A stretch of DNA of 45,236 bases from Acidobacteriaceae bacterium (GTDB lineage: Bacteria; Acidobacteriota; Terriglobia; Terriglobales; Acidobacteriaceae): NCBI GenBank assembly GCA_043765355.1, contig JAYUJG010000224.1, positions 1 to 45,236 on the forward strand, given 5' to 3'. The first letter of the stretch is position 1, and each line of letters begins with the position of its first letter. This document shows positions 10,294 through 19,243 of this stretch, piece after piece. The notes beneath the pieces were generated by a model. The model saw only the letters and a program-made list of their open reading frames with translations. It made no database searches and was not told where the DNA came from. The position numbers and the translations under genes were made by a program.

Positions 10294-11493
10294 TTACTCC
10301 CCTCGGAGAATAATAGCGGGTTGAACGCGTCGCAGCATACTGATCGGCACAATCGCTGCAATCAGCGCCACGATAATACTGCCGCAGAGCACATAAGGGA
10401 ACACGCTGAAGCGCGGGGCCACGGGCGCATGAAAGTTGGCGCGTCCGATCCAGGCGGCAATTCCGATCCCGATAAAGAAGCCCAGAACCGCGCCCATCAC
10501 GCCGAGTGCGGCGGCTTCCGCGGCAAAGAATCCATTGATCAGACGTTCGGAGGCGCCCAAAGCTTTCATGAGGGCGAAATCGCGGCGGCGATCAAAGACC
10601 CATCCGATCAGGGTCGCGAGCACGCACAATGCGGAAGTTAGCACGACCAGCGTGGCCGCAGCATAGACCGTGGCGCGAGTCTTGTTGAGCACGTTGGCCT
10701 CGCCTTCCCTGATCTGGCGAACCGGGCGAACGTCGGCCGCAGGCAGGAGGTTCGAGAGTTGACCGATCGAGGCGTCAACGTCGGCAGGAGTCCCGTTAAT
10801 GGCGACTTCGATTGTCGAAGGCGCGATGCCGGTCCAATTCTGAAACTCTGACTGATCGATATAGATCCGGCTGTCTTCGCCCGCTCCAGTCTGTAACATT
10901 CCGGTCGTAGCAAGTTGGATCGACTTGCCCTGGAACGTGAGTTCGAAGGGTTGGCGATTTGGACTGACAACGGTCGCAGCGCGCATCCCGAGGAGTGCCT
11001 GAGCTGGTGCGTCAGGCCAGCGGCTCACCTTCCACCAGTGATTCAACTGGCGAGCGCGGGCAAAATCGGTGCCGACGACCACCACCGACTTGCCGTCGTT
11101 GGTGCGAGCGACGGCATACGAAAAGGGAACCGCAAGCGCATTTCCGCTGAGTGTGGATTCGACTTTAGCAAGCGCGCCGACGGACAAGGCCTGACCACCT
11201 TTGGCGACGATAACTACGTTCGCCCCATAGTTACGAAATTCGGCGCGCAGCTTGGCTTGCGCGTCAACATAAAGATTCATCATCGCCGTCGCCACGGCGG
11301 CGGCCACGATCATGGCGAACAGGGCTGCGGCAGCGCGGCGGCGGCGCAGAACGGCTGCACGAAACAACATGCGCACGAACATCGAAGTATGCGGCGCCTG
11401 CGCGCGGCGATCGGCAACTCGCTGCGGACTCGGGAAGGCGACTGGCGAAATTTCCGAAAAAGCCGTGAGAGGAGTGTTAGGCGCTGTGCTCAC
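10294..11493 (-). CDS. FtsX/MacB-type ABC transporter permease (second of a pair)
   Basis: 399 aa. GTG start overlaps the upstream stop (GTGA at 11490-11493). It has TM1, a periplasmic domain, then an FtsX block (VLTSALCVLATLIGWVFDRRRDFALMKALGAS...). Confidence 0.85.
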   Translation of the reverse strand: MSTAPNTPLTAFSEISPVAFPSPQRVADRRAQAPHTSMFVRMLFRAAVLRRRRAAAALFAMIVAAAVATAMMNLYVDAQAKLRAEFRNYGANVVIVAKGGQALSVGALAKVESTLSGNALAVPFSYAVARTNDGKSVVVVGTDFARARQLNHWWKVSRWPDAPAQALLGMRAATVVSPNRQPFELTFQGKSIQLATTGMLQTGAGEDSRIYIDQSEFQNWTGIAPSTIEVAINGTPADVDASIGQLSNLLPAADVRPVRQIREGEANVLNKTRATVYAAATLVVLTSALCVLATLIGWVFDRRRDFALMKALGASERLINGFFAAEAAALGVMGAVLGFFIGIGIAAWIGRANFHAPVAPRFSVFPYVLCGSIIVALIAAIVPISMLRRVQPAIILRGE

Positions 11494-12821
11494 GCTTCAC
11501 CTCGCAACGCAAACACGGGATCGTACCTTACGGCGCGTCGAATTGCGGAAACGCTTCCGGCGAAAGTCACAATTACCGCGACCGCCAGGATGATCGGGAA
11601 AAGCACAGGCTCAATAGAAATTGTCGAATTGAAAATCGAGCGGCCAATCTGGTGGGCAAGGAACGTTCCCAAGGAGAAGCCAACCGTGCCGCCGGTCAGT
11701 GCAAGCAACAGCGCCTCGGCAAAAAAAATTGAAAAGACGGCAAAGTCGCCCGCACCAAGAGCTTTCATCAGACCCACTTCGACGCGACGCTCAAAGATCG
11801 CCGTAGCCATGGCCGCGGAAACGGCCAAGGCGGACGCAAAGAGCGCGGCCAGCGTAATCAGCAGCATGAGCCCTTTGATGCGCGACAAAACCGTGCCTTC
11901 ATTCTGCGCGACTTGCCGAATCTGCTCCGCGTGTGAATGCGGGATGACTTCCTGTAACTGATACGCGATCGACTGCGCATACGGAGAGCAATACCATCGG
12001 TCGTAAACCTCGGGGCTCATCGTCTTCGGATCGCGCGTGGCGAACGCGTCTTGCGGCTTGGTGAGCGCGCTGACGTAGACGCGGCGGACTGCGCCAGGCC
12101 TGCCGAGAATCTGCTGCGCGAGAGCAAGAGGTGCAACAATTTCGTCGTCTTCTGCGCCGCCGCTCGAGAGGATGCCAGATACCGCGAGCGGATGACCCGA
12201 CACCTCGAGCGTGTCTCCTGGCCTCATGCTTAACTTCGCAGCCAGTCGTTCTCCTACCAGGATGTCTTGCGAGTTGTCGTCTGGCCAGCCGCAACTGCCC
12301 GCCGGGGCTGCGATTTGCGCGGAACGGGGCGGAGCCCCGTCACCACATGTGCTCCTCACCTTCCACCATGGGTGCGTAGTCTTGACGCCCGTGGTGAAAT
12401 CTTCTTTGCCGAAATGGACTGGCTTGCTGAAGTAGGTCCCCAGCAGCGTCACCTCTTCAGTATTGGCATCACCACCACTGCCGACCCTTACTGTGACCGG
12501 CAGCATCGGCGAGAAGCCGACGATATTGTTGTGCCAGAAGGTGCCGCGAATTTTCGGCAGATCGGCCTCGTTTAGAAAAGCGCCGTCGCTTGGGGGCTTG
12601 AGGTTGATGCCGCCGATTTCAACGTCAAGCGTGTCTTCCTGCGGAGTGACAATCAGATTCGCGCCGTAGCTGCGCAGTTCGCGGTTGATCTTGTCGCCGA
12701 TGTTGGTAGCCACGGCGATCATGGCGGTGGCGACCGCTACTCCCAACGTGATCGCAACGCCGGCAAGAATCTTGCGGCGCGCTTGATGGCGAAACGATTC
12801 GTAGACGAGGCGCGGAAACAT
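11490..12821 (-). CDS. FtsX/MacB-type ABC transporter permease (first of a pair)
   Basis: I set the start at ATG 12821 (MFPRLVYESFRHQARRKILAGVAITLG...), which overlaps the TAA of the upstream gene by 1 nt. The C-terminal FtsX block is LITLAALFASALAVSAAMATAIFERRVEVGLMKALGAG.... Confidence 0.85.
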   Translation of the reverse strand: MFPRLVYESFRHQARRKILAGVAITLGVAVATAMIAVATNIGDKINRELRSYGANLIVTPQEDTLDVEIGGINLKPPSDGAFLNEADLPKIRGTFWHNNIVGFSPMLPVTVRVGSGGDANTEEVTLLGTYFSKPVHFGKEDFTTGVKTTHPWWKVRSTCGDGAPPRSAQIAAPAGSCGWPDDNSQDILVGERLAAKLSMRPGDTLEVSGHPLAVSGILSSGGAEDDEIVAPLALAQQILGRPGAVRRVYVSALTKPQDAFATRDPKTMSPEVYDRWYCSPYAQSIAYQLQEVIPHSHAEQIRQVAQNEGTVLSRIKGLMLLITLAALFASALAVSAAMATAIFERRVEVGLMKALGAGDFAVFSIFFAEALLLALTGGTVGFSLGTFLAHQIGRSIFNSTISIEPVLFPIILAVAVIVTFAGSVSAIRRAVRYDPVFALRGEA

Positions 12822-14083
12822 TATTTCTGCTCGAAGTAGCGTCTGCCGGCCGCGACGTCTAATTCCGACACGATGACGGAGTCGTCGGTTACCTGCGCCT
12901 TCAGAGGCACCGGATTGCATCCGCCCGGCATTCCGACCGATTGCAGGTTAATGGGAGAAGCGCAGTTTTTGCAGATGACTCCGTTAGAACCTTTATAAAA
13001 ACCCGCGCCCCCGCAGATTTCACAGGCGTCAAAGAGAACCGCGATTTTTCCGTCCGGTTTTTGGTAGAGCCAGAAACGCACTTCGATTCCGCCTTCTTTG
13101 GCTTCGAAGCGGTGCAGTTCGCCATCGTAAACCTGCTTCAGCGGGATCGACACTTTGCCGTCCACAAAGCTCACTTCGGTGGCCGGCGAAAGCGCGCTGG
13201 CACTCTTCTCGTAGATAAAGCTGGCCGTGACCATCACGATAAAGATGAACGAGAAGACGTAAATCGAAGCCATCCAAAGACGCTCGCGGCGGGCGGTCCA
13301 GAGCGCTTTGCGACGCGCTGCGCCTGAGTCGGGCAACTCGACGGGCTGGCGGCTCTTCATCTCGAACAGCACCATCAACGCCGCCAGCGCCAGGATGGTG
13401 ACAAAGAAGAAAAGTTCGTTGCGGACAATCGGCCCGATGATGGCCATCTCCTGCCGGGAAGAGGGGAGCACTCCATTTTCGGACAGCTCGTGCAAGCCGG
13501 AAATCACAAGCTGCGCCGCTACCAGAAAAAGAATTGCGGTCGTGACCTTAAAGAATTTCTGCAGATTGATCTTGACGCTGCCCTTGACGAACATCACGCC
13601 GAATAGCACCGCGACGATCACGCCCAGCAGGGTCCCCGTGAAACTCATCAACTCACTAGAGTTTAACGTCACCGCAGACAAAATCAGAACCGTCTCAACG
13701 CCCTCGCGCAGCACCATCAGGAAGACAAACAGAAAGAGCCCGATCCAGTCATTTCCGGAGGCACCGCTACCGGCAAACAATCCGACCTTAGTCTCGATTT
13801 CGCCCTTGAGCTTGCGTCCAGTCCTCATCATGAAGACGATCATGGTAACGACAAACACCGCCGCGACCAGCATGACCCAGCCTTCGAAAACGTCCTGGTT
13901 CAGGTTGAGGCGCGAGAGCACAACCGCGACGACGATTGATCCAGCAAAAGCCGTACCCAGCGCGGCATAGACCGCTTTGCGCAGATCGTTGCGGCCGATC
14001 TTAGCCAGATAAGCCAGCGTGATGCCGATGATGAGAGCGGCCTCGACGCCTTCGCGGAGCGTGATGATGAATGCCTGAAGCAT
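12821..14083 (-). CDS. Ftr1/EfeU-family high-affinity iron permease fused to a C-terminal DUF2318-like Cys-rich domain
   Basis: 420 aa with two REXXE iron-permease motifs (TLREGVEAALI and VLREGVETVLI) in a polytopic N-terminal half. An extra TM follows, then FDACEICGGAGFYKGSNGVICKNCASPINLQSVGMPGGCNPVPL (CxxC...CxxC...GGCNP), characteristic of DUF2318. Confidence 0.9.
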   Translation of the reverse strand: MLQAFIITLREGVEAALIIGITLAYLAKIGRNDLRKAVYAALGTAFAGSIVVAVVLSRLNLNQDVFEGWVMLVAAVFVVTMIVFMMRTGRKLKGEIETKVGLFAGSGASGNDWIGLFLFVFLMVLREGVETVLILSAVTLNSSELMSFTGTLLGVIVAVLFGVMFVKGSVKINLQKFFKVTTAILFLVAAQLVISGLHELSENGVLPSSRQEMAIIGPIVRNELFFFVTILALAALMVLFEMKSRQPVELPDSGAARRKALWTARRERLWMASIYVFSFIFIVMVTASFIYEKSASALSPATEVSFVDGKVSIPLKQVYDGELHRFEAKEGGIEVRFWLYQKPDGKIAVLFDACEICGGAGFYKGSNGVICKNCASPINLQSVGMPGGCNPVPLKAQVTDDSVIVSELDVAAGRRYFEQK

Positions 14084-14136
14084 TACACTAGAGTCCGATT
14101 TCCAGAACTTGTAAACGGCTTTTGTAAACAGGTGTT

Positions 14137-14200
14137 GGGAAGGGCACGGCTTCAGCCGTGCCGCTCAGGCCACAATCGATATGGGCTTTGGCCCCTGAGG
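14137..14200 (+). repeat. REP-like hairpin element, family A, copy 1 (inside the leader of the iron operon)
   Basis: GGGAAGGGCACGGCTTCAGCCGTGCC has an 8-bp stem and a TTCA loop. A second imperfect hairpin follows (gctcaggcc...ggcccctgagg). The 12-nt head GGGAAGGGCACG is identical in the copies at 18398 and, reverse-complemented, at 19310. Confidence 0.6.
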
Positions 14201-14243
14201 ACCTGACTCCCAGTCCTGCAACCACCTACGAAAACAAGTTTCG

Positions 14244-14264
14244 AATTGAAAATGAATTTCAATT
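14244..14264. promoter_or_regulatory. AT-rich 8-5-8 perfect palindrome, candidate metalloregulator operator upstream of the iron operon
   Basis: AATTGAAA-ATGAA-TTTCAATT lies 161-181 nt upstream of the ATG at 14083. The overlapping 19-mer GAAAATGAATTTCAATTTC (14248-14266) matches the classical Fur box GATAATGATAATCATTATC at 13 of 19 positions by my count. Confidence 0.3.
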
Positions 14265-14804
14265 TCAATATCACTAGAATACGGTTTTGTGCGGGATGGG
14301 GTCAACGTAGGGAATCACGGATGGTTATGACCTGCATCGCACGGGGAAACTGGGCATTAAGTGGAGACTCCGGCAGCCCCCCCGACCCGCCTTATTGACG
14401 GTGTTTTGAGTGTAAACGCTGTTTACAGCAGTAATCTTGAATACTCGCGCACCAAACTGCGCAATGAAGGCACATGACAATCGGTGTTTCATGGGCGAAG
14501 AAGCAAAAGCTGGGGATAGCTGGGATCGCGGGCTGGATCATTTTCCTGTACGTTCAGACCTTTACATCCGTCTGTGGCCCCTCCGTATGACTGCCTTCGC
14601 AGTTGCTCCTTCTAATCACTCTCGCGTCTCCAATCGCGATTCTCTGGGCGGCGATTAAGGACAAATGGTGGTGGGCACTTGGGCTAATTCCAGCGCTTTT
14701 GCTCCTGTGGGGCGTGCTGGGAACCTTCGTGGACTGCTGACGGAGGTCTTAACTGTCGTAACCTCGCCCTTGCACTCATTGCGAACGACAGTCTCTTTCA
14801 GCGC

Positions 14805-15491
14805 TCAGATTATCCGCAAAAACTTCTTTGCTGGAGCTATCTCCGGAAACAAATTTTCTTCCGCGCGAAATTCCCGCGAGTGTACGCATCTCCGGCTCCC
14901 TCGCAGTTCAACCGGATGCTTCAAGTGCAGCATCTCGTGGTACAAAATGTATTCCACCGCATAGCGCGGCACGCGCGGATCGTCAAACACGCGGCTGATG
15001 ACGATGGCGTTGTGCGCGGGGTCGTAGTGGCCGAGGCTGCTGCGGGCGCGGTTCTGGCTCCAGGTAAGCTGCGGACGTCCCATCAGCCCGTGAAAGAATC
15101 GCCGGTTAAGGTCATCAAAAATCTCCTCCAGATGATAATGATGTCCCCGAGGCGAACGAATATGCTTGCGCCCGCGCATCTGGCGGATGAGGCGAGCCTT
15201 GGCGGTGACGTCGTGGGCTCCGATATAGCGCCGATAACGCGCGCTCGCGGCCCGATCCACCGGTTTGCGATAGAGCTTGGCTAGCAGGATGTGCGCGATC
15301 GCGTGCAACACGCTGTCAGGCGCGCCTTCCAACAGGTCCGAGATGCGGACGTAAAGCTCACCTTCGCGCAGGCGAATCGTGTTGTTGATGGATACAAAAG
15401 GATAGAAGCGCACATGTATCGGTGGAGCGGGCGTTCGAGGGCGCAATTCGCGGTAGACGACCTGAAAAAGTTCGGCGAGCTTTGGGGACAC
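14805..15491 (-). CDS. SprT/DUF45-like zinc metallopeptidase (HExxH)
   Basis: The conserved body runs from LAELFQVVYRELRPRTPAPPIHVRFYPF... to ILYHEMLHLKHPVELRGSRRCVHSREFRAEE, which contains HEMLH. The ORF-track start at 15779 would overlap osmC. I propose the in-frame GTG at 15491, but the start is uncertain. Confidence 0.6.
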   Translation of the reverse strand: MSPKLAELFQVVYRELRPRTPAPPIHVRFYPFVSINNTIRLREGELYVRISDLLEGAPDSVLHAIAHILLAKLYRKPVDRAASARYRRYIGAHDVTAKARLIRQMRGRKHIRSPRGHHYHLEEIFDDLNRRFFHGLMGRPQLTWSQNRARSSLGHYDPAHNAIVISRVFDDPRVPRYAVEYILYHEMLHLKHPVELRGSRRCVHSREFRAEENLFPEIAPAKKFLRII

Positions 15492-15606
15492 GTTGAAAAA
15501 AGAGTAGCACGGGAAAGTAGGGAGGTAGCAGCTTGGCTCGCCGGAAATCTGGCACACAAGACGAAACCGCCGAAATATGCGGTAATGAATACGAGGGAAG
15601 TCCACG

Positions 15607-16014
15607 ATGATCGAAGCCGCGCTGCATTGGACGGACAAAGAACGATACGTAGGGTCGGCGACCTCAGGCCACTCGATCGTGATGGATACGGCGAAGGATG
15701 AAGAGAAGACGGCGAGTAGCCCGATGGAGCTCGTGCTGCTCGGTCTGTGCGGCTGCACAGCGTCGGATGTCGTCGGCATCTTGAGAAAAAAGCGCGAGCC
15801 GTTTACTGCTCTTGAGGTGCGAGCTGCGGGCGAACGGGCCGACGGCTATCCTGCCGTCTATACATCCATTCACCTCACGTATCGCGTCAGCGGCAAAGTG
15901 ACGGCGAAGGCGATGGAGGACGCGGTTCGGCTGTCGAAAGAAAAATACTGCTCGGTTTCAGCGATGCTGGAAAAGACGGCGAAGATTACGCATACGATTG
16001 AGTATCTGGCTTGA
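15607..16014 (+). CDS. osmC: OsmC-family peroxiredoxin
   Basis: 135 aa. SPMELVLLGLCGCTASDVV and KYCSVSAML supply the two conserved Cys of OsmC/Ohr proteins. Confidence 0.9.
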   Translation: MIEAALHWTDKERYVGSATSGHSIVMDTAKDEEKTASSPMELVLLGLCGCTASDVVGILRKKREPFTALEVRAAGERADGYPAVYTSIHLTYRVSGKVTAKAMEDAVRLSKEKYCSVSAMLEKTAKITHTIEYLA

Positions 16015-16970
16015 GAGCCGCGGCAAACCCGGTCAAAGGATACTTTTACATCGCGAGCGCCGCGTTTTTGTGGGGCGTGTCGGCGACGCTGGGGCGCGCG
16101 GCATTTACCGGGCATTTGCTGCGGGGGGGCGCGTCGATAGGAAACATCGATCCGCTGATTCTGTCGCAAAGCCGAGCGACTTTGGCACTGGCTGTTCTCC
16201 TGCCTGCGCTGCTGCTGCGGAGGGGAGCGTCGGCGCTGCGCGTTCCCGGGCGCGATCTGGCGCGGTTTTTCGTGCTGGGGATTTTGGGAGTTGCGGCGTC
16301 GAATTATTTCTACTATCTCGCCATTCAGCGGACGAACGTGGCCACGGCCATCATCCTGCAATACACGGCGCCGATATGGGTGCTGCTGTATACGATGGTT
16401 CGCGAGGCGCAACGTCCGTCGCTGCGAAGGAGTGTGGCGGTGGGACTGGCGGTCGCGGGGTGCGCGTTGGCGGTCGGGTTGGTGGGCTCGGGTGGCTTTC
16501 GCATGGACAAGATCGGAGTGGTTGCGGCGCTGCTGGCGGCGTTTTCGTTCGCGCTTTATAACGTTGGCGGACACAAAGTGCTGGCGCGTTATGACCGGTG
16601 GAAAGTTCTGCTGTGGGTGCTGGTGGGTACGGCGACGTTCTGGATGGTGGTGAATCCCCCGTGGAAAATCGTGGCCGCTCACTATGACGGGTCGCAGTGG
16701 GGATTCATGCTTGTGTTTTCGATGGTGTCGGTGTTGGGGCCGTTTTCCTGTTACTTCGCCGGATTGCAACATCTGGAGCCGACGCGCGCGATTGTGGTTA
16801 GTTGCCTGGAGCCGGTGTTCAGCATCGTGCTGACGGCGTTGGCGCTCGGGGAACTGGTGAAGCCGATGCAGACGGTGGGAATTGTCTTAGTGCTGATCGC
16901 GATTGTGCTGATTCAGCTTCCGGAGCGGGTGGCTCGCGGGGATGAGTTGGTGGTGGAGCCGATAGAGTAG
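16011..16970 (+). CDS. EamA/DMT-superfamily transporter
   Basis: 319 aa with about 10 TM segments in two EamA-like halves. TTG start overlaps the osmC stop (TTGA). Confidence 0.85.
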   Translation: MRAAANPVKGYFYIASAAFLWGVSATLGRAAFTGHLLRGGASIGNIDPLILSQSRATLALAVLLPALLLRRGASALRVPGRDLARFFVLGILGVAASNYFYYLAIQRTNVATAIILQYTAPIWVLLYTMVREAQRPSLRRSVAVGLAVAGCALAVGLVGSGGFRMDKIGVVAALLAAFSFALYNVGGHKVLARYDRWKVLLWVLVGTATFWMVVNPPWKIVAAHYDGSQWGFMLVFSMVSVLGPFSCYFAGLQHLEPTRAIVVSCLEPVFSIVLTALALGELVKPMQTVGIVLVLIAIVLIQLPERVARGDELVVEPIE

Positions 16971-16975
16971 AGCGT

Positions 16976-17061
16976 CATTGGTCGCTAGTCGTTGGTCGTT
17001 CGCGAGTTTGGGCGCTAAGTGCTTGGTTGCCAACGACTAGCGACTAGCGACCAACGACCAC
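16976..17061. repeat. long imperfect palindrome, family B copy 1; likely bidirectional terminator between convergent genes
   Basis: The left arm contains GTCGTTGGTCG (16988-16998). The right arm contains its reverse complement CGACCAACGAC (17048-17058), with TAGTCG/CGACTA units around them. The same 11-mer pair occurs in the element at 26942-27078. Confidence 0.6.
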
Positions 17062-17065
17062 TTCC

Positions 17066-18391
17066 TCACTCCAGACTCTTCCCCTTCGTCTCCGGCAGCT
17101 GGGTTGCCATTAGACTGGCCATGAAAAACGCTGCGCCGCACAGATAGAAGGCCCAGCTTAGTCCCTTGGCTTGACCGACGCGTCCTACTACGTAGGGAGC
17201 GATGGAGCTGAGAGTACGGGCGCTGTTGTAAGTAAAGCCCAAGGCACGGGCGCGGACGCTGGTGGGAAAAATTTCGCTGCCGATGATGCCTGAGCCGGAA
17301 AAGAATCCCGTGCCGAAGTAGGCGACAACCGCGCCCAGCACGAGCACCATCGCCTGCGAGCGGGCCATGGCATAGAGAGGCACCATGACGGCGGCGGCAA
17401 AGGTGAAGATCATGAACGATTTGCGACGGCCGAGATGATCGGCGATCCAGCCGAAGCTAAGGTATCCCGGAAACATGCCCAACAAATTGAGCGTGATGAG
17501 CAGGGTGGTGGTGCCCATGGTGCCGAAGCCGCGTCCGCCTTGTTCGATGGGGAGTGAGAGATAGGGAGGAATCCAGGTGAACAGGCCCCACCAGGCGAAC
17601 ATGCCGAAAAAATTAAGCAGCAGAAGCACGAAGGTGCTCTTGCGGTAGGGCGGGTAGAAGATGATGAAGAAGGATTGGCTTCCCGGCGTGCTTTGCGGCG
17701 TTTGGGGTGAAGGTGTTTGATTTTCGTCGGCGAGGCGTCGATGTTCCAACCACATCGACGATTCGGGCACGCGGTTTTGAATCCAGAGAGTGACGATTGC
17801 TGGAAGAATTCCGACGAAGAACACCATGCGCCAGTTGGCATAGCGGAGAACGACGCCGGCCACCAGCGCCGCCAGCGCGTAGCCAATGGCCCATGAACTC
17901 TGGACGATTGAGATTGCTTTGGCTCGCAAATGATCCGGCCAGGTTTCGGCGACGAGCGTCGCGCCGGTATTCCACTCGCCGCCCATGCCGAGTCCGAGGA
18001 TGAAGCGGAACACGGCCAGCATGAGCACGGTGGTCGAGAGGCCGGAAGCGAACGAGCACACCGAGTAAGTCAGGATGCTGAGCATCAGGGCGCGCTTGCG
18101 CCCGATGCGGTCGGCGACAAATCCGAAGCCTACGCCGCCGATGCCGGAGGCCAACAGCGTGAGCGTGTAGAGAAGGCCAGAGGTCGCCTTCGACATGCCG
18201 AGATCGCGCATCACGTACGTCAGAACCAGCGCGTAAAGCATAGCGTCGAAAGCGTCGAGCATCCAGCCTAGAGAGGCTGCGAGCAGGGTGCGGCGCTGCC
18301 CGGGGCTGGCTTGCTTCAGGAGTTGGATGGGGCCGATGGCCATGCGGGGAGCGATTGTATCAGTGGAAGTGACTGAAAAGGAAAGGGGCAC
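17066..18391 (-). CDS. MFS transporter (sugar/aromatic-acid:H+ symporter-like)
   Basis: 441 aa with 12 predicted TM segments. MFS loop motif GFVADRIGRKRAL between TM2 and TM3, and WIADHLGRRKS in the second half. Confidence 0.9.
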   Translation of the reverse strand: MPLSFSVTSTDTIAPRMAIGPIQLLKQASPGQRRTLLAASLGWMLDAFDAMLYALVLTYVMRDLGMSKATSGLLYTLTLLASGIGGVGFGFVADRIGRKRALMLSILTYSVCSFASGLSTTVLMLAVFRFILGLGMGGEWNTGATLVAETWPDHLRAKAISIVQSSWAIGYALAALVAGVVLRYANWRMVFFVGILPAIVTLWIQNRVPESSMWLEHRRLADENQTPSPQTPQSTPGSQSFFIIFYPPYRKSTFVLLLLNFFGMFAWWGLFTWIPPYLSLPIEQGGRGFGTMGTTTLLITLNLLGMFPGYLSFGWIADHLGRRKSFMIFTFAAAVMVPLYAMARSQAMVLVLGAVVAYFGTGFFSGSGIIGSEIFPTSVRARALGFTYNSARTLSSIAPYVVGRVGQAKGLSWAFYLCGAAFFMASLMATQLPETKGKSLE

Positions 18392-18397
18392 GCGAGA

Positions 18398-18437
18398 GGG
18401 AAGGGCACGAGTTTCACTCGTGCCACAGAATCTGTGG
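18398..18437 (+). repeat. REP-like hairpin element, family A, copy 2
   Basis: GGGAAGGGCACGAGTTTCACTCGTGCC has a 9-bp stem. The hairpin CCACAG-aat-CTGTGG follows. It lies between the MFS start and the 18486 ORF. Confidence 0.6.
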
Positions 18438-18485
18438 CGACGAGGTGGAAGGGTTTAAAATCGGATGCTTCTCAAGAGGTGATTC

Positions 18486-18917
18486 ATGGCCTGGGCAAAT
18501 GCCGTTCTGTTCTCCCGAAACTTGAAGGATATCGTCCTTGTTGTGGCGAAGGTTGTCCTCGCCGTCTTGACCGTTGCGATCGTGGCATGGAAGGTGCTCC
18601 CTTGGCTGCTCCCCGACGACTGGCGGGTAAAATATGCTCTCGCGTACCAAGTCAGCGAAGGTCAGATCATGATTGAACGCAAGCTTCACAATTGCGACTG
18701 GGATTCTGCGCCGCTTGGCAACAAGCACTGTCACTATCAAAGTATTGTGCAGGTGTACAACTCAGACAGCAAGATTGTGGACGGCACGGGCGTTGAGATT
18801 GGCGCGGGCGGGACCACCATTTCCTACAACGACGGAAAGACTTGGCAGTCGTTCCCCGCAGCAGATAATCCGCGTCCGGCAAAAATCTTGGTTACATGGC
18901 TGCGTGTGGACGACTAG
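18486..18917 (+). CDS. hypothetical membrane-anchored protein (orphan)
   Basis: 143-aa ORF with one N-terminal TM (IVLVVAKVVLAVLTVAIVAW). It sits in a locally lower-GC stretch. I recognise no family. Confidence 0.45.
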   Translation: MAWANAVLFSRNLKDIVLVVAKVVLAVLTVAIVAWKVLPWLLPDDWRVKYALAYQVSEGQIMIERKLHNCDWDSAPLGNKHCHYQSIVQVYNSDSKIVDGTGVEIGAGGTTISYNDGKTWQSFPAADNPRPAKILVTWLRVDD

Positions 18918-18934
18918 TCTCTTATTTGCCTTTT

Positions 18935-19180
18935 CTATTTTCTAACTACAAAATCCCGCCATGATCGACTCTCGATGTGTCCATGCGCCTCGTGCCTCTG
19001 ATCACGATAGAAATAGATCAGCTTGTAGTAGCCGCTCGGTGGAGGTGGAGCGGCGCCGAATTCGACCTGCTGGTGATCCACGATCTTGTCGTCATCCAGA
19101 CGGAGGTCGACGAGCACTTCCCAAGCTTGGTTTTCGTCGTTTTCGTTTCCTACTACGCCACGCACACGGACAGTCTTCAT
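18935..19180 (-). CDS. hypothetical small protein (orphan)
   Basis: 81-aa ORF (MKTVRVRGVVGNENDENQAWEVLVDLRLDDDKIVDHQQVEF...), convergent with the ORF at 18486-18917. I recognise no family. Confidence 0.4.
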   Translation of the reverse strand: MKTVRVRGVVGNENDENQAWEVLVDLRLDDDKIVDHQQVEFGAAPPPPSGYYKLIYFYRDQRHEAHGHIESRSWRDFVVRK

Positions 19181-19243
19181 AGATAGCAGAATGCCTTGTT
19201 TCTATGTGCAAATGCAAACGACAGGTAAAAGTGTGGAGTATTT

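Noticed and set aside
14395-14440. Possible plus-strand promoter (TTGACG at 14395-14400) driving the small hydrophobic ORFs
   Set aside because: I found no convincing -10 hexamer at 16-18 nt spacing, so I left this uncalled.
15870-16772. 300-aa minus-strand ORF
   Set aside because: It is antisense to the EamA transporter. The sequence is extremely Arg/His/Gln/Pro-rich (RRQQRRNHS...) and not protein-like.
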